A stretch of 31,600 nt of DNA from a virus (Duplodnaviria > Caudoviricetes): IMG/VR virus record IMGVR_UViG_3300020282_000011, positions 1 through 31,600 of that record. One strand, 5' to 3'. Below, piece after piece: positions 10,101 through 22,200 of the stretch. Below the pieces are notes generated by a model, which was not told the origin of the DNA, did not search any database, and saw nothing but the letters and a program-made list of their open reading frames with translations. Each line of letters opens with the position of its first letter. Positions within the stretch are counted from its first letter, which is position 1. The position numbers and the translations under genes are program-made.

Positions 10101-11596
10101 CCACTAGATAATCCTCTAACTCTAGTTCCTTTTGGTTGAGATGATACCAAATTTGTTATTTTAAGTGTTGTATATGTTTGAATATCATACAAGTGCAAAT
10201 CAAACTCTGTTGATGCACCACTGTATGCTGAATCTGTAACTCCAAATGAATATACTCTTGCTTGTCCTATTTTTAATCCAGTCCCTGCAGTTGTGCTTGC
10301 ACCTCTTCGTTCGTTATGAAGGTCAACAATATTAGTGTTAGTACCACCTAAATTAATGAACGGTGAACCAAAAACATTATTTACCCTTATTAAACTACCC
10401 ATACTGAATGGAACAGATGCAGAGTTTACATCCTCCACATCTCTTGGTTTATCAATATCTAAAACAGTCGTACCAGGTAGATAAACATCATATCCCTTTA
10501 CATATGCTTTACCAGGTGATAGTTTAACACACATGGTATCTTCTGAAGGTTTATTGCCTTGGTCAGTTAATTGATTTTCATTATATAATCCATCTGATCC
10601 AATTTCATCATTGAGTGAGTTTTGTAAACTGACACGAAATGGTTCTACAGCGTAATTACCAGATTCATCAAAGGTTCTTTTCGCAAAATATTTTTTTATC
10701 TCAGAGTAAACTGATGTATTTTGTATTTTTTTAGGTTCACCTTCTCTTATTCTATATAACTCTACAAAATTAGTATCATTAAAGTCATTTAATGATTTTT
10801 TTGTTAACTTAACAGTTATTTTAAATCTATCGGCACCTGGTGCTGCAAAGTTTGTAAATCCCTTTGCATTATCATACAAAGAGGGATCATCATTTGCATT
10901 TACAATCTCCTCAATAATATCTAATCCCACTCTAAATGATGGTTTAGGATTATACGGATCTAATATAATTAGAGACGTTGGAACATCTACAAAAACTCCA
11001 CGTAAAAAATATACTCCTTCATTAATACCAAATGCAGAACCAGTTGCAGTAGCATTTTCTAATGATAATGTTAGTATTGTTTCACCAATATTTAAAGTTG
11101 TATTACCATAAGTTAAACTTTCTTCTAGAATTAAAACTTCACCATCGGGGAATGATTCACTTTCACTATTTGTTCCTGATTGATTATATTTGACAAATAT
11201 TGTTGGTTCTTCTACTCCTTCATTTGGTGGTAAGACGTAATTTTTAATAGTTGCTACAATACCAGAATTTTGACCTCTTACCCTTGTTCCTTTACCATTA
11301 TTATTAGATATTAAACTATCTAAGTAAATCGATACATCAATACCTAAATGAGATTGATTTATTTTACATGAAAAATAAGATTGATCACACTCTATGCCAC
11401 CAGGTATGACCATTGAACCTTCTTTGAAGATATGTTTACCAAAGGATTCAACTTGATTTTGTATTATTGATTGAAAACCAGTTAATTCTCTTGCTTGAAC
11501 TGGTTTACCAGGTTTAAAAAGAATTTTATAAAAGTTTTTCGCCTTATCAAAGTCGTCATAATAAGGACTTATATTTAGATTGGTCTTTTGTGGCAT
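4175..11596 (-). CDS. vrlC: VrlC-like / DUF4815 large virion structural protein
   Basis: 2473 aa. Motifs SPYYDDFD..KNFYKILFKPG..VQARELT..Q, APGADR, FAKRTFDESGNY, NRRFTMRDIG.LE.RIENLE and DPLAQSF are characteristic of cyanophage VrlC proteins, and the gene sits after gp8. Confidence 0.85.
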   Translation of the reverse strand: MPQKTNLNISPYYDDFDKAKNFYKILFKPGKPVQARELTGFQSIIQNQVESFGKHIFKEGSMVIPGGIECDQSYFSCKINQSHLGIDVSIYLDSLISNNNGKGTRVRGQNSGIVATIKNYVLPPNEGVEEPTIFVKYNQSGTNSESESFPDGEVLILEESLTYGNTTLNIGETILTLSLENATATGSAFGINEGVYFLRGVFVDVPTSLIILDPYNPKPSFRVGLDIIEEIVNANDDPSLYDNAKGFTNFAAPGADRFKITVKLTKKSLNDFNDTNFVELYRIREGEPKKIQNTSVYSEIKKYFAKRTFDESGNYAVEPFRVSLQNSLNDEIGSDGLYNENQLTDQGNKPSEDTMCVKLSPGKAYVKGYDVYLPGTTVLDIDKPRDVEDVNSASVPFSMGSLIRVNNVFGSPFINLGGTNTNIVDLHNERRGASTTAGTGLKIGQARVYSFGVTDSAYSGASTEFDLHLYDIQTYTTLKITNLVSSQPKGTRVRGLSSGAIGYLAEVSGTTAADEINISSTTGTFIVGEKLIYNEKTIDSKSSIIKINAYNVFDIKSIYQNSDTISGGALPSDFIADSVLYDRVLPGFSPADQLNVISDASSGTVNTATIPGRNFAGRVGINTDSIISYSHGAFTDPVFNRISNISGDGKTLTINQIPDVVGVNKGSVLSVGTGTTTGVFRVRVPLISNIDDAGLYSRLPRRNISNLNASNSNLVITSQVNSQTTSATGTLSLSSSDALNANAGITSAFFEPFDAEKYTIFYSDGSIEPLSSDKVTITNNGNDIEFAGLTQSNANCSVNVTLKKIGLTSKSKNYVRSKKIEVTRTVGISTNGNLTQSDAYGLRVEDEEISLNNPDVNKVIAIYESKTLVTPVLDKLIFVSGLNLDTATIIGEKIVGEESRAVGQIVERTSTEISFVYLNANRFILGENISFKESSISANLQEIINGNYLDRTDNYLLDQGHTRQISDYSRIVRKEKSAIPSKRLLVIFDQYEVPSGNKGDLFTVNSFTSDRYTNDIPLISNDRATDILDLRPRVKEFTATNSSPFAFSNREFEETNPFIITPNESSIIGYSFYLPRIDKLVINEFEQVKLIKGVSSENPVPPTEVGNAMEVAQITLPPYLYDTVRGPRIRMFDNRRFTMRDIGALERRIENLEEMTSLSALELDTKTLEVKDADGLNRFKTGFVVNNFKNRSFIDFSLNGGSRCDVDVVNRELISAVDFWSINAELALNPNIDPASADLNSNLQLLDTNCRKTGDLITLDYTEIDWINQPQATRVENVNPFNVITFAGAVVLDPPSDNWARTIYIDSHRVESSGATWVEQANIVSQQTNTDVNRTRQRTEFADESAQLVTTTTTTTTQRTERSFTNVLEGPSREFDYVESTKIDSEADPFMRSRNVFFAANGLKPATRHHHYLDSASPDIVPKLIEIEMVSGSFTIFENVRVELVSLGDDPVIGYMRIQRPNHKFGDSTRPDVGAGLGSPSVTVEEYTVDPFDSSRPAPSTSYSATSKLLNIDVTALANNEEYYGYTVVGATIIGETSGAVARITNINLISDNWGDLIGSFFFRNANAVPRPPITFRSGTKTFRVTAAAEGVIPLPGSTALASDASGVFTGTGVILTQSNSNVSVRNPSAPPQRQNETTVSVNVNTLTDTEFFEAPDRDPLAQSFTVDETGAFLTSFDLYFASKDPNAKVFIELRHVELGTPTRFLVQDYTQIALNPNQVNISDDASLATTIRFPSPVYLEPRREYAIVILSPASDLYEMWVARMGEKTVRSTVLPDVEDVVVSKQYIGGSLFKSQNGTIWTPSQYEDLCFKLRKASFVSSGTATFYNTPIRAGNLNTQKLPDNPIRTLPRKLKINVSGNDCTDANLGIGQKVSQADATNNTVPDDSSITGIIEGQGSSVTGVTKITDGSGYVLSSATAVPTRNITGSGNGLTVDITLSGDSVNTVAVNGAGTGYQVGDVITIDNTSSNVTTGIGFKFSIASIGTTFDSIFLTDVQGSQFTNGRKLVKYTSNNTSKSVITQSQVDGSAVNGELNTGDVFEVTQFNHAHHGANNKVVVKNVKPDSVKVKTTSALTSDTTSVEIADTTPFANFNGITTDRGSALIGSEIVSYTVGTGKLSIVRGQFGTTPVSHNVGSDIQTYEAGGISLAGINTTFDITTFDDNIDNYFLKVDVPNLASDRTGDALLCFTNEKAIGGKNVHISQNHQFSSINPQFNVITPGKSTNVNTSLRTVSGTSSGGNEVSFIDQGFTPVTLNETTFLPSPRLVASVKNESERLANLPKNKSLTLNVDMVSTDSNLSPVLDVKNSNFYLGRNKINNPIGENNYATDERARGLKNDPHGSVFISKLVTLKNPATSLKVLIAASRQPEADFRVFYRLYSFDSSEVSQTYRPFPGYKNLNDTTGDGFGNDIIDITQNDGRPDAFVAANSFDEFSEYQFSIDDLEEFNGFKIKIVMISTNESVPIRLKDFRAIALA

Positions 11597-11597
11597 T

Positions 11598-13193
11598 TTA
11601 GAACTCTAGTACGATTTTAATGTCCTCTTTTTGTCGGGAACTTCTAACAATTTCTGGTCTGTTATCCATATAAATGATTTGACCCGACCCTTTATTTATC
11701 TCTGAATCAGATAACCCTGCTTGAAATCTAGTTCCCAAATTGATAAGTTTAGCACCTGTTGGATTAGTTGTTATACCTGTAAAATTAATTTGTATTGAAC
11801 CAGAAAATCCAGATTCCTCTGCATTAATGACATTTGCATTAGTTGCACTTTCAAATTGATAAATTCTTGCAGATGTTGTTACACCAACACGATCTGTTTG
11901 ATCATATGATGTTGGATTAAAATAAAGTGATCTATCTCTAAAATACTTTAATACTTTAGTTTCCTTGTCATAAGAACTAACATATCCTTTAGCAATTTTA
12001 CCTGTATTTGGTGCAACTGTCAGTTTTTGATTAATTTTTTCACCAATTTTTGGTGCATTACTACCAGTTACTGTATCTAATTTAAGTGCTTGTAATGACG
12101 AAAAAGTACTATCTGTGTAAGTAATAGCACTTCCAGCTTTAGTTGGATTTTTTACAATACCTACCTGTGCAAATTTAGTGTCAACTGGAAAATCCTTCGT
12201 AGAATCATCAAATCTTGCATATATGATAACTTTATCAGTGCCTAATTCAGTATAGACATCATCACCATGACCCCTACCAGGTGGGATAATAGGGATTAAT
12301 TTTGCTTTGCCAGTTGTAGGTACATTAGAATTAATTGTATCTAAATCTACTACTGCATAGGTGTATCCCTTTCCTCCTGAACTTACAACCACATTAGTTA
12401 TTTTTCCACCTTCAACATCAATTCTTGCTCTAGCTCCTGTGCCATCACCTATAATATTGACTTCTTGTGAAAATCCGTTTGAGTAATTTGTACCACTATT
12501 TTCAATATAAACGTGTTTTATCTGATTTAAATTTATTTCAGAATTACCATTTTCTCTGACAGATCTTATTTGAGAATCTGTTGATGATGACCATTCATTA
12601 GGAACTGTAATAAACTCTGTTGAATCAAATTTAATGATATCACTAGGTGAAATTGTAAATAGATATTTCCATTTGTACCCATCTCCACTATTTCCTGCCT
12701 TAGATGGTTCTAAATCTGTAAAAGTTGGTTCATCCTGAGATACATTTCCTAGAGGATTAGTTCCTGAAGAACCATTATCAATACAAATATAAACTTTAAA
12801 GTCTGAATTTACAACATAATAGTTTGCATCATATAATCTATTTGCTTTTGTAAGAGGACTTTGATTAGTAGCACTGTAATCATCCCTGTAAATTTCATAT
12901 CTATTTCCCGAAACCCAATCTACTCTTCTGATAAGTCTTCTTATGTTTCCAGATGATATTTTTTTACCAAACATCATGGTATCACCAACATGTTTACGAT
13001 ATGAAAAACTATCTATTGGTGCAGGGGTATTTGTATCCCAATTGGTTGTTCTACCAAATCCAACTAAACCAGCGGCTCCAGTGGGATTTGTTAATCCTAA
13101 AAATACATAATATGAATTATTAGTATTCTCTACTGACTCCACAAAATTATTTGCATTCAAAATTCTGAATTGATCAGTAATAATTGCTGACAT
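11598..13193 (-). CDS. gp8: Baseplate wedge subunit gp8
   Basis: 531 aq-scale protein of 531 aa with MSAIITDQFRILNA, KVYICIDN, DGYKWKYLFTI, P..GHG.D...ELG and the C-terminal IIYMDNR...RS..QKEDIKIVLEF. Confidence 0.9.
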   Translation of the reverse strand: MSAIITDQFRILNANNFVESVENTNNSYYVFLGLTNPTGAAGLVGFGRTTNWDTNTPAPIDSFSYRKHVGDTMMFGKKISSGNIRRLIRRVDWVSGNRYEIYRDDYSATNQSPLTKANRLYDANYYVVNSDFKVYICIDNGSSGTNPLGNVSQDEPTFTDLEPSKAGNSGDGYKWKYLFTISPSDIIKFDSTEFITVPNEWSSSTDSQIRSVRENGNSEINLNQIKHVYIENSGTNYSNGFSQEVNIIGDGTGARARIDVEGGKITNVVVSSGGKGYTYAVVDLDTINSNVPTTGKAKLIPIIPPGRGHGDDVYTELGTDKVIIYARFDDSTKDFPVDTKFAQVGIVKNPTKAGSAITYTDSTFSSLQALKLDTVTGSNAPKIGEKINQKLTVAPNTGKIAKGYVSSYDKETKVLKYFRDRSLYFNPTSYDQTDRVGVTTSARIYQFESATNANVINAEESGFSGSIQINFTGITTNPTGAKLINLGTRFQAGLSDSEINKGSGQIIYMDNRPEIVRSSRQKEDIKIVLEF

Positions 13194-13220
13194 CTGTACT
13201 GAGTATCTTACTTTTCTTTC

Positions 13221-13228
13221 TATTTATA
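13221..13228 (-). promoter_or_regulatory. T4-type late promoter TATAAATA
   Basis: Perfect match in the 39-nt gap between gp7 and gp8, about 28 nt upstream of the gp8 ATG. Confidence 0.85.
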
Positions 13229-13232
13229 GGGG

Positions 13233-16200
13233 TTAGGTTATAGAAATAATTGCTCTAATAGAACCACTGTTTCTGTGACCTGTTTCTCCTAGACCATCAT
13301 AACTCTTTCTTTGTATCGTAGGGAAGGTTGAAAGTCCAGCATCAACGGTCAAACCTGTAACACCTATTGAGATAGGATTTAATGAACGTTTAACATCAAC
13401 ACCACTATCCGCACCATATAATCTACCCCAGTTTAATGTTCCTAATGAAACTGTAGAACCAGGTGAACCATCATAAAAACCCTCTTCATCAATACTATCA
13501 ATCCAACTATCTGTATTAGAATGTACTTTACATACAATAGTTCCTTTCGATCCACCAACAGACATGTCAACAGAATCAACGATATAAACATTATCAAGGA
13601 AAGTTGTTCCAATACCAACTACATGTCCATCATCTGGATTAACTGATGTTAGACCATTTCCAACCGTTGTATCTTTGATATAAACTGGATATCCTACCAG
13701 AAGTGTATTTGCAGTGGCATTTGTAAGTCCACCGTTACTATTTCTAGTTACAGCATGAAAATCAAATCTTAGTGCTGAACCACTTTCTTTTGTGATACCA
13801 GTAATAATTCCAATATATCCCTCAAAATTGTTTATCCCAGTAATTTTTTCTGTCTCAAATTTAGGTCTCTCTATGATAACATGAGGTGGATTACTTTGTT
13901 GATCATATCCAAGTCCAGGATTTACTATATCAATATTAGATACTGAACCATTGGTTACTGTAACAGTAGCAGTGGCAGTGGTGCCAATACCGACAAACTT
14001 TTCAACACCTATGGGTGCCTCAATACCAACATCAACTATTCCAGAATATCCTGAACCACCTTCCGTCACAGTAATAGATGAAATGGTGCCTCCAGCACCT
14101 ATGGTAGCAGTTGCCTTTGCGACTTCACCAATTTCACCAGATGTTATTAATGCATCAACTGTATCTGGAAGTGTAGAATTGTCGTATTTACCTTCATAGA
14201 AGAATGATTGAGCATCATCCACAAAAATACTATTACTTCCAAGTGTGCCTTTTCCTGAAGTCTCAGATAAATCACCAATTATTTTAGATGTAGGATAAAT
14301 TTGTGGTTCAAGTATTGACCTTGACTTAGGAACTAATCTACCGTTTATCTGAAGATCGTTCTTTTGTTTTATCCACTTAATCGGTTTTTCATTTTTTTCA
14401 TCAATACCTAATCCCTTGTAAATATCGGTATCAACTAAATCAGTGTTTAATATATCTTTTATAATTCGATTATTTGATTGTGTTGTTGTTACTCCAACAG
14501 TATTTGATTTTTCACTCTTAAACACACGTACAGCATCACCAATTTTTATTGTTTCTGATACATTTTGAATTTGAACATCAACACCATCAATTCCCTTATA
14601 GAAGTAAATGTCAACATTATCATGATCGTTTAGACCAGGTTGTGATTCTCCACTTGGTGGTTCAGTGAATATAAATGTTGTTCCTCCCAAGAATTGATAA
14701 GCTTCACCAGGTTTTTGTAATACACCATTTACAAATATAAGTAATACTGCATCTAAATCAATTAATGCAGAACGAGGGTCAGTTAATACCTTCTCAAAAC
14801 TGAGCAATTCACCGTTAAAGAATAATGGGAATCTTGTTCTCTGCCCATCTTGTAATATTTTAATGTTATCAATTGCATCAATTTCACCAAATTGCCAAGC
14901 AGCAAATTTATCATTAAATATTTCTAGAACTTCTAATTCAAATTCTTGTATCGGTGCAGATAAATGTGCAGCAGTTACAAGTCCTACAGGTCTGAATTTA
15001 TCACCCCTCTTAAATGAATAACCTGATCTAGATATCTCGAAGTCTTTAATTCCAAATAAGGTAGAACCAATTCCAACGGATGTTGTTGCTGCACTCACAC
15101 CAACATTTAGAAGTAGATTTGCACCTGTCTCTGTAGTTGCTCCAACACCTAATCTAGATATACCCTCAACTTCAATATTTTCATATGTAGGTTCAGGTAT
15201 GATTATTTGTGGATTTACATAACCTGTACCAGCTGAAGTTATATCAAACGATAGAGTACCTCCTACACCCACAGTTGCAGTCACAACAGCACCTGTTCCA
15301 CCACCTCCACCAGCACCAACATTAAATCCAATTGAATCTATAGATGTAGTTCCTATACCTACAAATGTACCAGCAAATGGGTCTGAATTAGGGAAACTTG
15401 TTTTGGATACTGCACGAGGATATGGATGATTGCCAAAGAATCCATCCTTTGAACACTTGAATACAATTCCACCAGTATCAATACCAATTGAGTCACCTAC
15501 TTCTAATCCATGATTTGGTATTACTAAAGTGAGAAGACCACTATGTGATTCGTATATAGCATCTGTTGCAGTAAAGGCATCACCGTCATAATTATCTTTT
15601 CTTATTGATCCAATTCCACTACTTACAAATTTATGCTCATATGCAATATCCGTTACACCTATTGCAACAGTGCCACCTCGATAACCAGAACCAAATGTTA
15701 AATCTTCAAAGAATTCAAATGCATGACCACCACCTTGATAGGTGTGTGGAATTGTACTGGCACCTGCTACAACCTCAAAAGTTCTTTCAGAAACTATACC
15801 AACAACAAATAATGGTCTATCGTGGTCTTGGAAGATAGTGGTTGTAACCCCAACATATCCTCCACCACCAATAGTTTTAACTGAATCAGTAGCAGCAGAA
15901 ACAAATGTATGAACATATTGATCACCTGGAGCTGATTGACCAACATTAACTCTAAAAGTATTTGTTGTTCTATTTGTAATTGTTAGATATTGACCAGCAG
16001 CAGGGTCTGTGGCACGAGGATAGCAATGAGTAGTATTATTGCTATCTTTATCACAAGTAAAGCATATTGAACCTGTATCAAGAATAACAGCATCTCCTAC
16101 AACTAATCCATGATTCGCAATGGTCAACACCAATACGCCAGTAGCAGGATTGTATGTTGCATTAGTTGGAGTTCCTACAACTGTTTTAGGACATACAAAT

Positions 16201-19200
16201 TCTAATCCCTTTAATTTAACTGTATTCGGTTTATTTAATCCAAATCCATGAACATCATTTGTTGTAACTGTAATGATTCCACTTAGATTATCATATACAG
16301 CAGTCTGAATACCTAAATTAAATCCAGAAGATGTTCCAATACCAACAATTCCTGTTAATTCACCAGATGCATTTTTTTCTGCTCTTACCTTTGCACCAAC
16401 TAGTGGAGCGTATCCTAAACCTTCAGTTGAACCAAGAGAAACAATTAAACCACCTCTAGGTATTTGATTTTGATTAATATCATCAGGAGATACAATAAAT
16501 TGACCATTTTCTGATGTAATACCAGTAAATCTAATTGATGATATACCTGCGGTTGTATCTGCAATTATTTCATAGTTATTACCAGAAGTATTAGAAGTAA
16601 ATGGTTTTTGGTATATACCATTAATAAACACAACTCCATTTCCTACTTCAATTCCTGCTGATGTATTTGCACCTCCGACTTTCAAGGTATAGTTAGTTGT
16701 AAGACCTGTGAAATTATCTGAAACATCATCAAATAACATGTTTGTTGTATAATCTTGTCTTGTAAAAGTTCTACCACTAAAATCTGCTTTTACGAAAGGT
16801 AATTCAGTATTAGTTTTTCTTGAACGAGTATTTCCCTTTGGAGGATCGATAAAATGAACTTTACTGTCAACAATATTAAATGAACCTCTATGTACTTTGA
16901 CAATATCACCATTATTATGTGGTGTAGCACCAATTCCTAAAGTTCCTCTCTGAACTCTTACTGTTGGAACTGTAGATAACCCCTCAGATATGTTTAATTG
17001 ATCATCTATTTTTCCACTTCCATCTGATGTGCTTGAAAATCCTACTTCAATTATTTTCATAAATTCATCATTTATTTTTAACACATCAAAAGTTGATATA
17101 GAACCAATACCACTTAATGAAAACTGAGTAGTTCCTGCCCCAATATTAACAGATAATGTATGAGTTAATGAAGTAAAAGTAACTGGTTGCTGTACAACGC
17201 CATCTAAACCAATAATAGTTTTAGATAATTTTTTGGTCATATTCAACTTATGAATATTACCAGAACCAGGACCTGTAATTGTAATTGCTATACCTGATGT
17301 TATATCCTCTCTTGTTGGGAATAATTGGAATTTATCTTCACTTATTACTTTTGCAAAGACAGTCGTTGGCATAATATCTGTGGTTAAACCTGCGTTATTA
17401 ACAGTTGAACCAATTGATATTGAGGTAGCAGCAATTCCTATGAAAGAAGAATCAGGAGTATAAACCAATTCCTCATTTGTATTGAAGAAATGATCTGGTA
17501 TCGTGAATACACCTGTTGATTTTTCAAGTCCTACTCCATCAGGATTAAACTTCTTTGTGTAAATTGGAATGCCTTGATACTTAAGGTCAAAATCAGTTTT
17601 ATTTGCTCTTGTTCCTTCTAATCCATCATACGTTGATAATATTATACTCTGGTCAATGTTACCAAACCTTAATGATGCTGGAATATTGTCAAAATCAGAC
17701 TCTGTATAGAAGACTTGATTATATGCTTGAACCTTAATCTCATCTGTAAATTCTGAATCAGGAACAAATTTTAAGATAATGTCATCTCCAGATATTACTG
17801 AAGTAAATGAACCGATTCCTGAAGTTGACCCTAGTGAAACGAATGGATATTGAACAACTAAAACATCCTCTGCATCTCTAATTGCTGTAACTTGGTGTAT
17901 TGCAGAAGTTTGTCCAGTTGATACCTTAACTAAAGATTTGACTGAACTATCGATTGATTTATCAAGAGTTGCATAAGTAACATCTGAACCTGTTGCTTGG
18001 TTAAACGTTGATTCAAATCTTGCACTTCTCTCTGCTAGAGGAGGTTGTCCTTCAGTTAAAAATCTAAATGTTCCTATTCCCGCACTTGTTGTTCCTAAAC
18101 CAACTACAACAGACTTAGAATCTAAAGTAGTTGCTCTATTATTTTCGATTTGCAGTTTAACTAAATCATTTTCTAATCTAGCAGTGATTATACCAACAGT
18201 ATTGGTTGTAATTCCCGAAATATCATCAGAATAAATTTGAGATAAAGTTGTATTAACACCATCAAAATCAAGTATTATTTCATTATAGTTTATTTCCTTA
18301 GTTACTGAATCTTGAACAAATATATTTGCTTGCAATCCATTAAATTCATCTTTATCAAATTCTAAAATTGTAGTTGTATTGAACCCTACACTAGTTGATG
18401 AGATACCAACATTCGCACTAATTAAGTTTATGCTACCAATAACATTTGTACTTATTCCAGAAATATTATCATCATAAAATGTTTTTAATATTTTTATGTT
18501 ATGATCTTTCGTAAACTTTTCAACTGGATTAAATAATAAGTTATTTGTAGTTCCTATTTCTGTCTCAAAATCACCAAGTTTTAGATTACTATCAATACTA
18601 TCTAAACCAACTCCAGTGGTATCACTTGTTTTTTCAAGTAAAAATATTTGCTCTTCTTTAGTTAATACAACTATTTCACTTAATTGAGTATCTAAAGTAT
18701 CAGGATCAGTTACTTGAATGAGATAATTAACAATTTGACCATTTATTTCATCAATTATACTTGAATCAGCAGCAAAACCAACACTTGAAAAATTGGGACT
18801 AATATCATCATGCATTAATACCCTGTTGGTAATACATTTGTTAAAGTTAGTTAAATTTTTTGTAGAAAATAAAAGTGTTTTTGTTCTAAATCCAAGACTA
18901 TTGAAATCTAATACATAATCAAAATTATTGATTGCATCAACTCTATTATCATCACTCACCAAATCTAAAATAATAGTTGCTATTGATTTATCATTATCTG
19001 TGCCGAGACCAACTTTTACATTACTCTGTACAGTAGTATCAGCAAAATTTTTCAGTCCTGCAGGATGAACAATGCTATTAACACTATTTGAGAATTTATC
19101 CCAAGTTATTGGACTTTTAATTGAATATGATAAATTTTGGTAATAATCATTATCAGGTATAACCTGTATATCTTCATTTAAATTACCAATGTTATTATTC

Positions 19201-22200
19201 CAACCATACTCTTGACGATTTGAGAAATCAACCTCAAATCGACCTAAATTAGGTTTTGACTTAACTATTTCAGCAGAAACTCCTGATGTTCTACCAATAA
19301 TCCTATCACCTACATTAACTATATCTAGTCCATCTAATTTAATAAAATCATCTCTTGTTTCAACAATCTTTAGATCAGATTTAACATCATTTAAAATTAA
19401 GGGTTCATTTAATTGGAAAGTTCCTCTTTCCTGAATTGGAACTAATTCTGGATAATTCTTTTTATTAATTATAGAAGCATAACCAGATTGGAATGTTTTA
19501 GCAATACCTGGATTTGTAGTTACTCCAGCAACACTAAATGTTAGTACAGTATTACTACCAGGTATGTAATCTATAACCTTAAAGAATGAGTAATTATAAT
19601 TTTCAGAATTGAATCCCTCTCCTAATACTTCACCACCTGATACACCATCTTGCTCAGTAAGTGATCCTGCTTCTCCAAGTCTTTGTATACCCTCAACATA
19701 AATCTCATCTCCTACCTCAAATGGTTGAGGATCAACAAATCCATCAAATGGTGTTTGCATGAAACAAGTAACTATTCCACCAGAACTGCTTTGTATTGAG
19801 TTAATACCTATCCCATTAGAATTATTGATTGCAAATATTTTATGCTGAACAGAGTCTAATCCATTTATTGGACCAAGTAAATTGACATTAGAAATAGTTT
19901 GATTGGGAAGATCTGCTTGTAATGAACCAGTGTCAACTATTTTATTTAAAGTTGGATTAAAGAGAATTAAATTAGGTGGTGTTGTATAGTCTGAACCACC
20001 GTTGACAACTTCAATTTTAGATAATGTATCCAAATTATCTACATTTAAAATTGATGGTATATAAACTTCTGGTTGTAAAGTTTTATCAGCAGAATATTCA
20101 TATCCAATATCAAGAACTCTTACTTTTTTAATTTTACCAATATTTTTAGATTCAACAACTAAATTGGCATTTACACCCTCTTCAGAAATTACTTCTTTAA
20201 ATAAAGGAACTTTTTTATAATTAAATCCTTTAGATAATATCTTAAATTTTTTAATTGGACCTTTAACTTTAGTTGATTTGGTTGAATATTCAAGTTTTTC
20301 GCAATCATTTTCATTATAAGTTAAAAATTCAGGAACTTTTGGTGAAAAATTAAATGTTTCAGGTGTTACATCAGATATTTTATAATCGCCATTGTAAATA
20401 CTATCTAAGAAAATAATTTGTGAATGATTTTGTACCTCATTATCTGATGTGCTAATAAAACCACCTTTTGTTATTCCATAATATAACACTAAGGGTGTTG
20501 ATGTAGTGGGTTCTAAAGTTAATGAAGCATCTACAATACCACCTGTTTCTGTTCCAATCCCAACAGTACCTGCTGTACCAACATTGAATAATGTCGAATC
20601 TTGAGAACTATTGAATTCATTTTTACCATTATCATAGAAAATTTTAAAATCAAACCCTGCAAGTGTTGTAGTAGATAAACCAAATTTAATCTTAGAATTT
20701 TTATAAACCTTAATTTGTGGATTTATAGGTGCAATACTTTGTTTACTTCCACCACTATTATTTGTTAATTCGATTAATCTTATTGGATTTGCAAATAAAT
20801 CATTATATGTTTCTGCTAATTGGAAAAATCTACTATTAATTTTATTAACAAAATATGTGCCTGTACCTAAACCAGCATTACCCTCGTAGAATACTTTGTC
20901 ACCAGTATTAAAACCATGATTTTCAATGTTTATTCTATTAACCTCTACATTTGTATTTGTAAATTCTATTGGATTTATTAATAATTTCTCAAATTCATGA
21001 TTATAATTTACTTCAATTGGAGTTGTTGCACCAATACCAACAGTTTGATTCGGAATTACATTTATAGAAACAACATCACCATTTTGTAAACCATGAGTTG
21101 TTGTATTCGCTGCGGAAACCTTTGTTGTTACAGTGCTAACTATTTTATCAATATCACCCGTGACTTGATTAAATTGTGATGATAGATTATACAGATGTGT
21201 GTTTATACCTGTAACAGAACTTCCATTTGATTTGAAGTATAGACCTTCTCCTGTACTACCAACACTAACTGTTGATAGACCAATATAATTTTCACTTTTT
21301 TTAATGACAAATAAATCTATTGAAACATCACTTGAATCGTATGGTATTGAAAAATTATTATTAGTATCACTAGGATCATCTGTATTTGCAACGTCTAATT
21401 GTCTATTTGAAACTGCTGGAACATTAAGTTTTACTTTTTGTCCTGTGACAAATGGATGATTAGGTAAATATATTTGCCTATTAGGTATGGATATTGATTT
21501 AATGGTTTCTCCAATTTGATAACTTGTGCTTATTGAATCACCATCTGTACCAACTCCAATTGATTGAGGGGCATTAAAATAAACTACATCATTTAATTGA
21601 GAATCGAATTTCTTTGTTTTAACTGGTATTGAAACTCTATTATTCAATAAATCAACGTTCGATCCAAAAGTATGTGCAATTCCAGTATTTCTCAATACAC
21701 GAATTATTTTTTGTTGTTTATACGCATTCAACACAGTTACAATTTCATCATTAACCGTATTGCCAGAACCAAGTCTTAACGTATTATTAGGTAATATATC
21801 TTCTGGCAATTTATTAACAAAAATATCTTCAACTGCAACTAAACCAGATGCTACAAAGTTTGTGGTTTTGGCTAAAGAAACACGAGAAGTAGAAACTCCA
21901 ATAGAGAATGAATCAGTTAAATTTTGGATTGATGTGCTTAAACCTGAAACAAACACAAAATCTTCATTATTTAATTCAATATATGTTGATATACCTGCTG
22001 TAACTGTTTTGTCGTTTGACCATGTAAATACTAAATCTTCAAATCTAGTCAACTCTGTTTGTATGCTAGAAACACCTAAACCAACTAATTCACTTACTTC
22101 TGCTTTAAATCCTAAACCATTTGTATCGGTATCGTCAAAAGAGGTAAGATCACCAACTTTATAATCTGCACCTGGATTCAGAATTGATATAGTTTCTATT

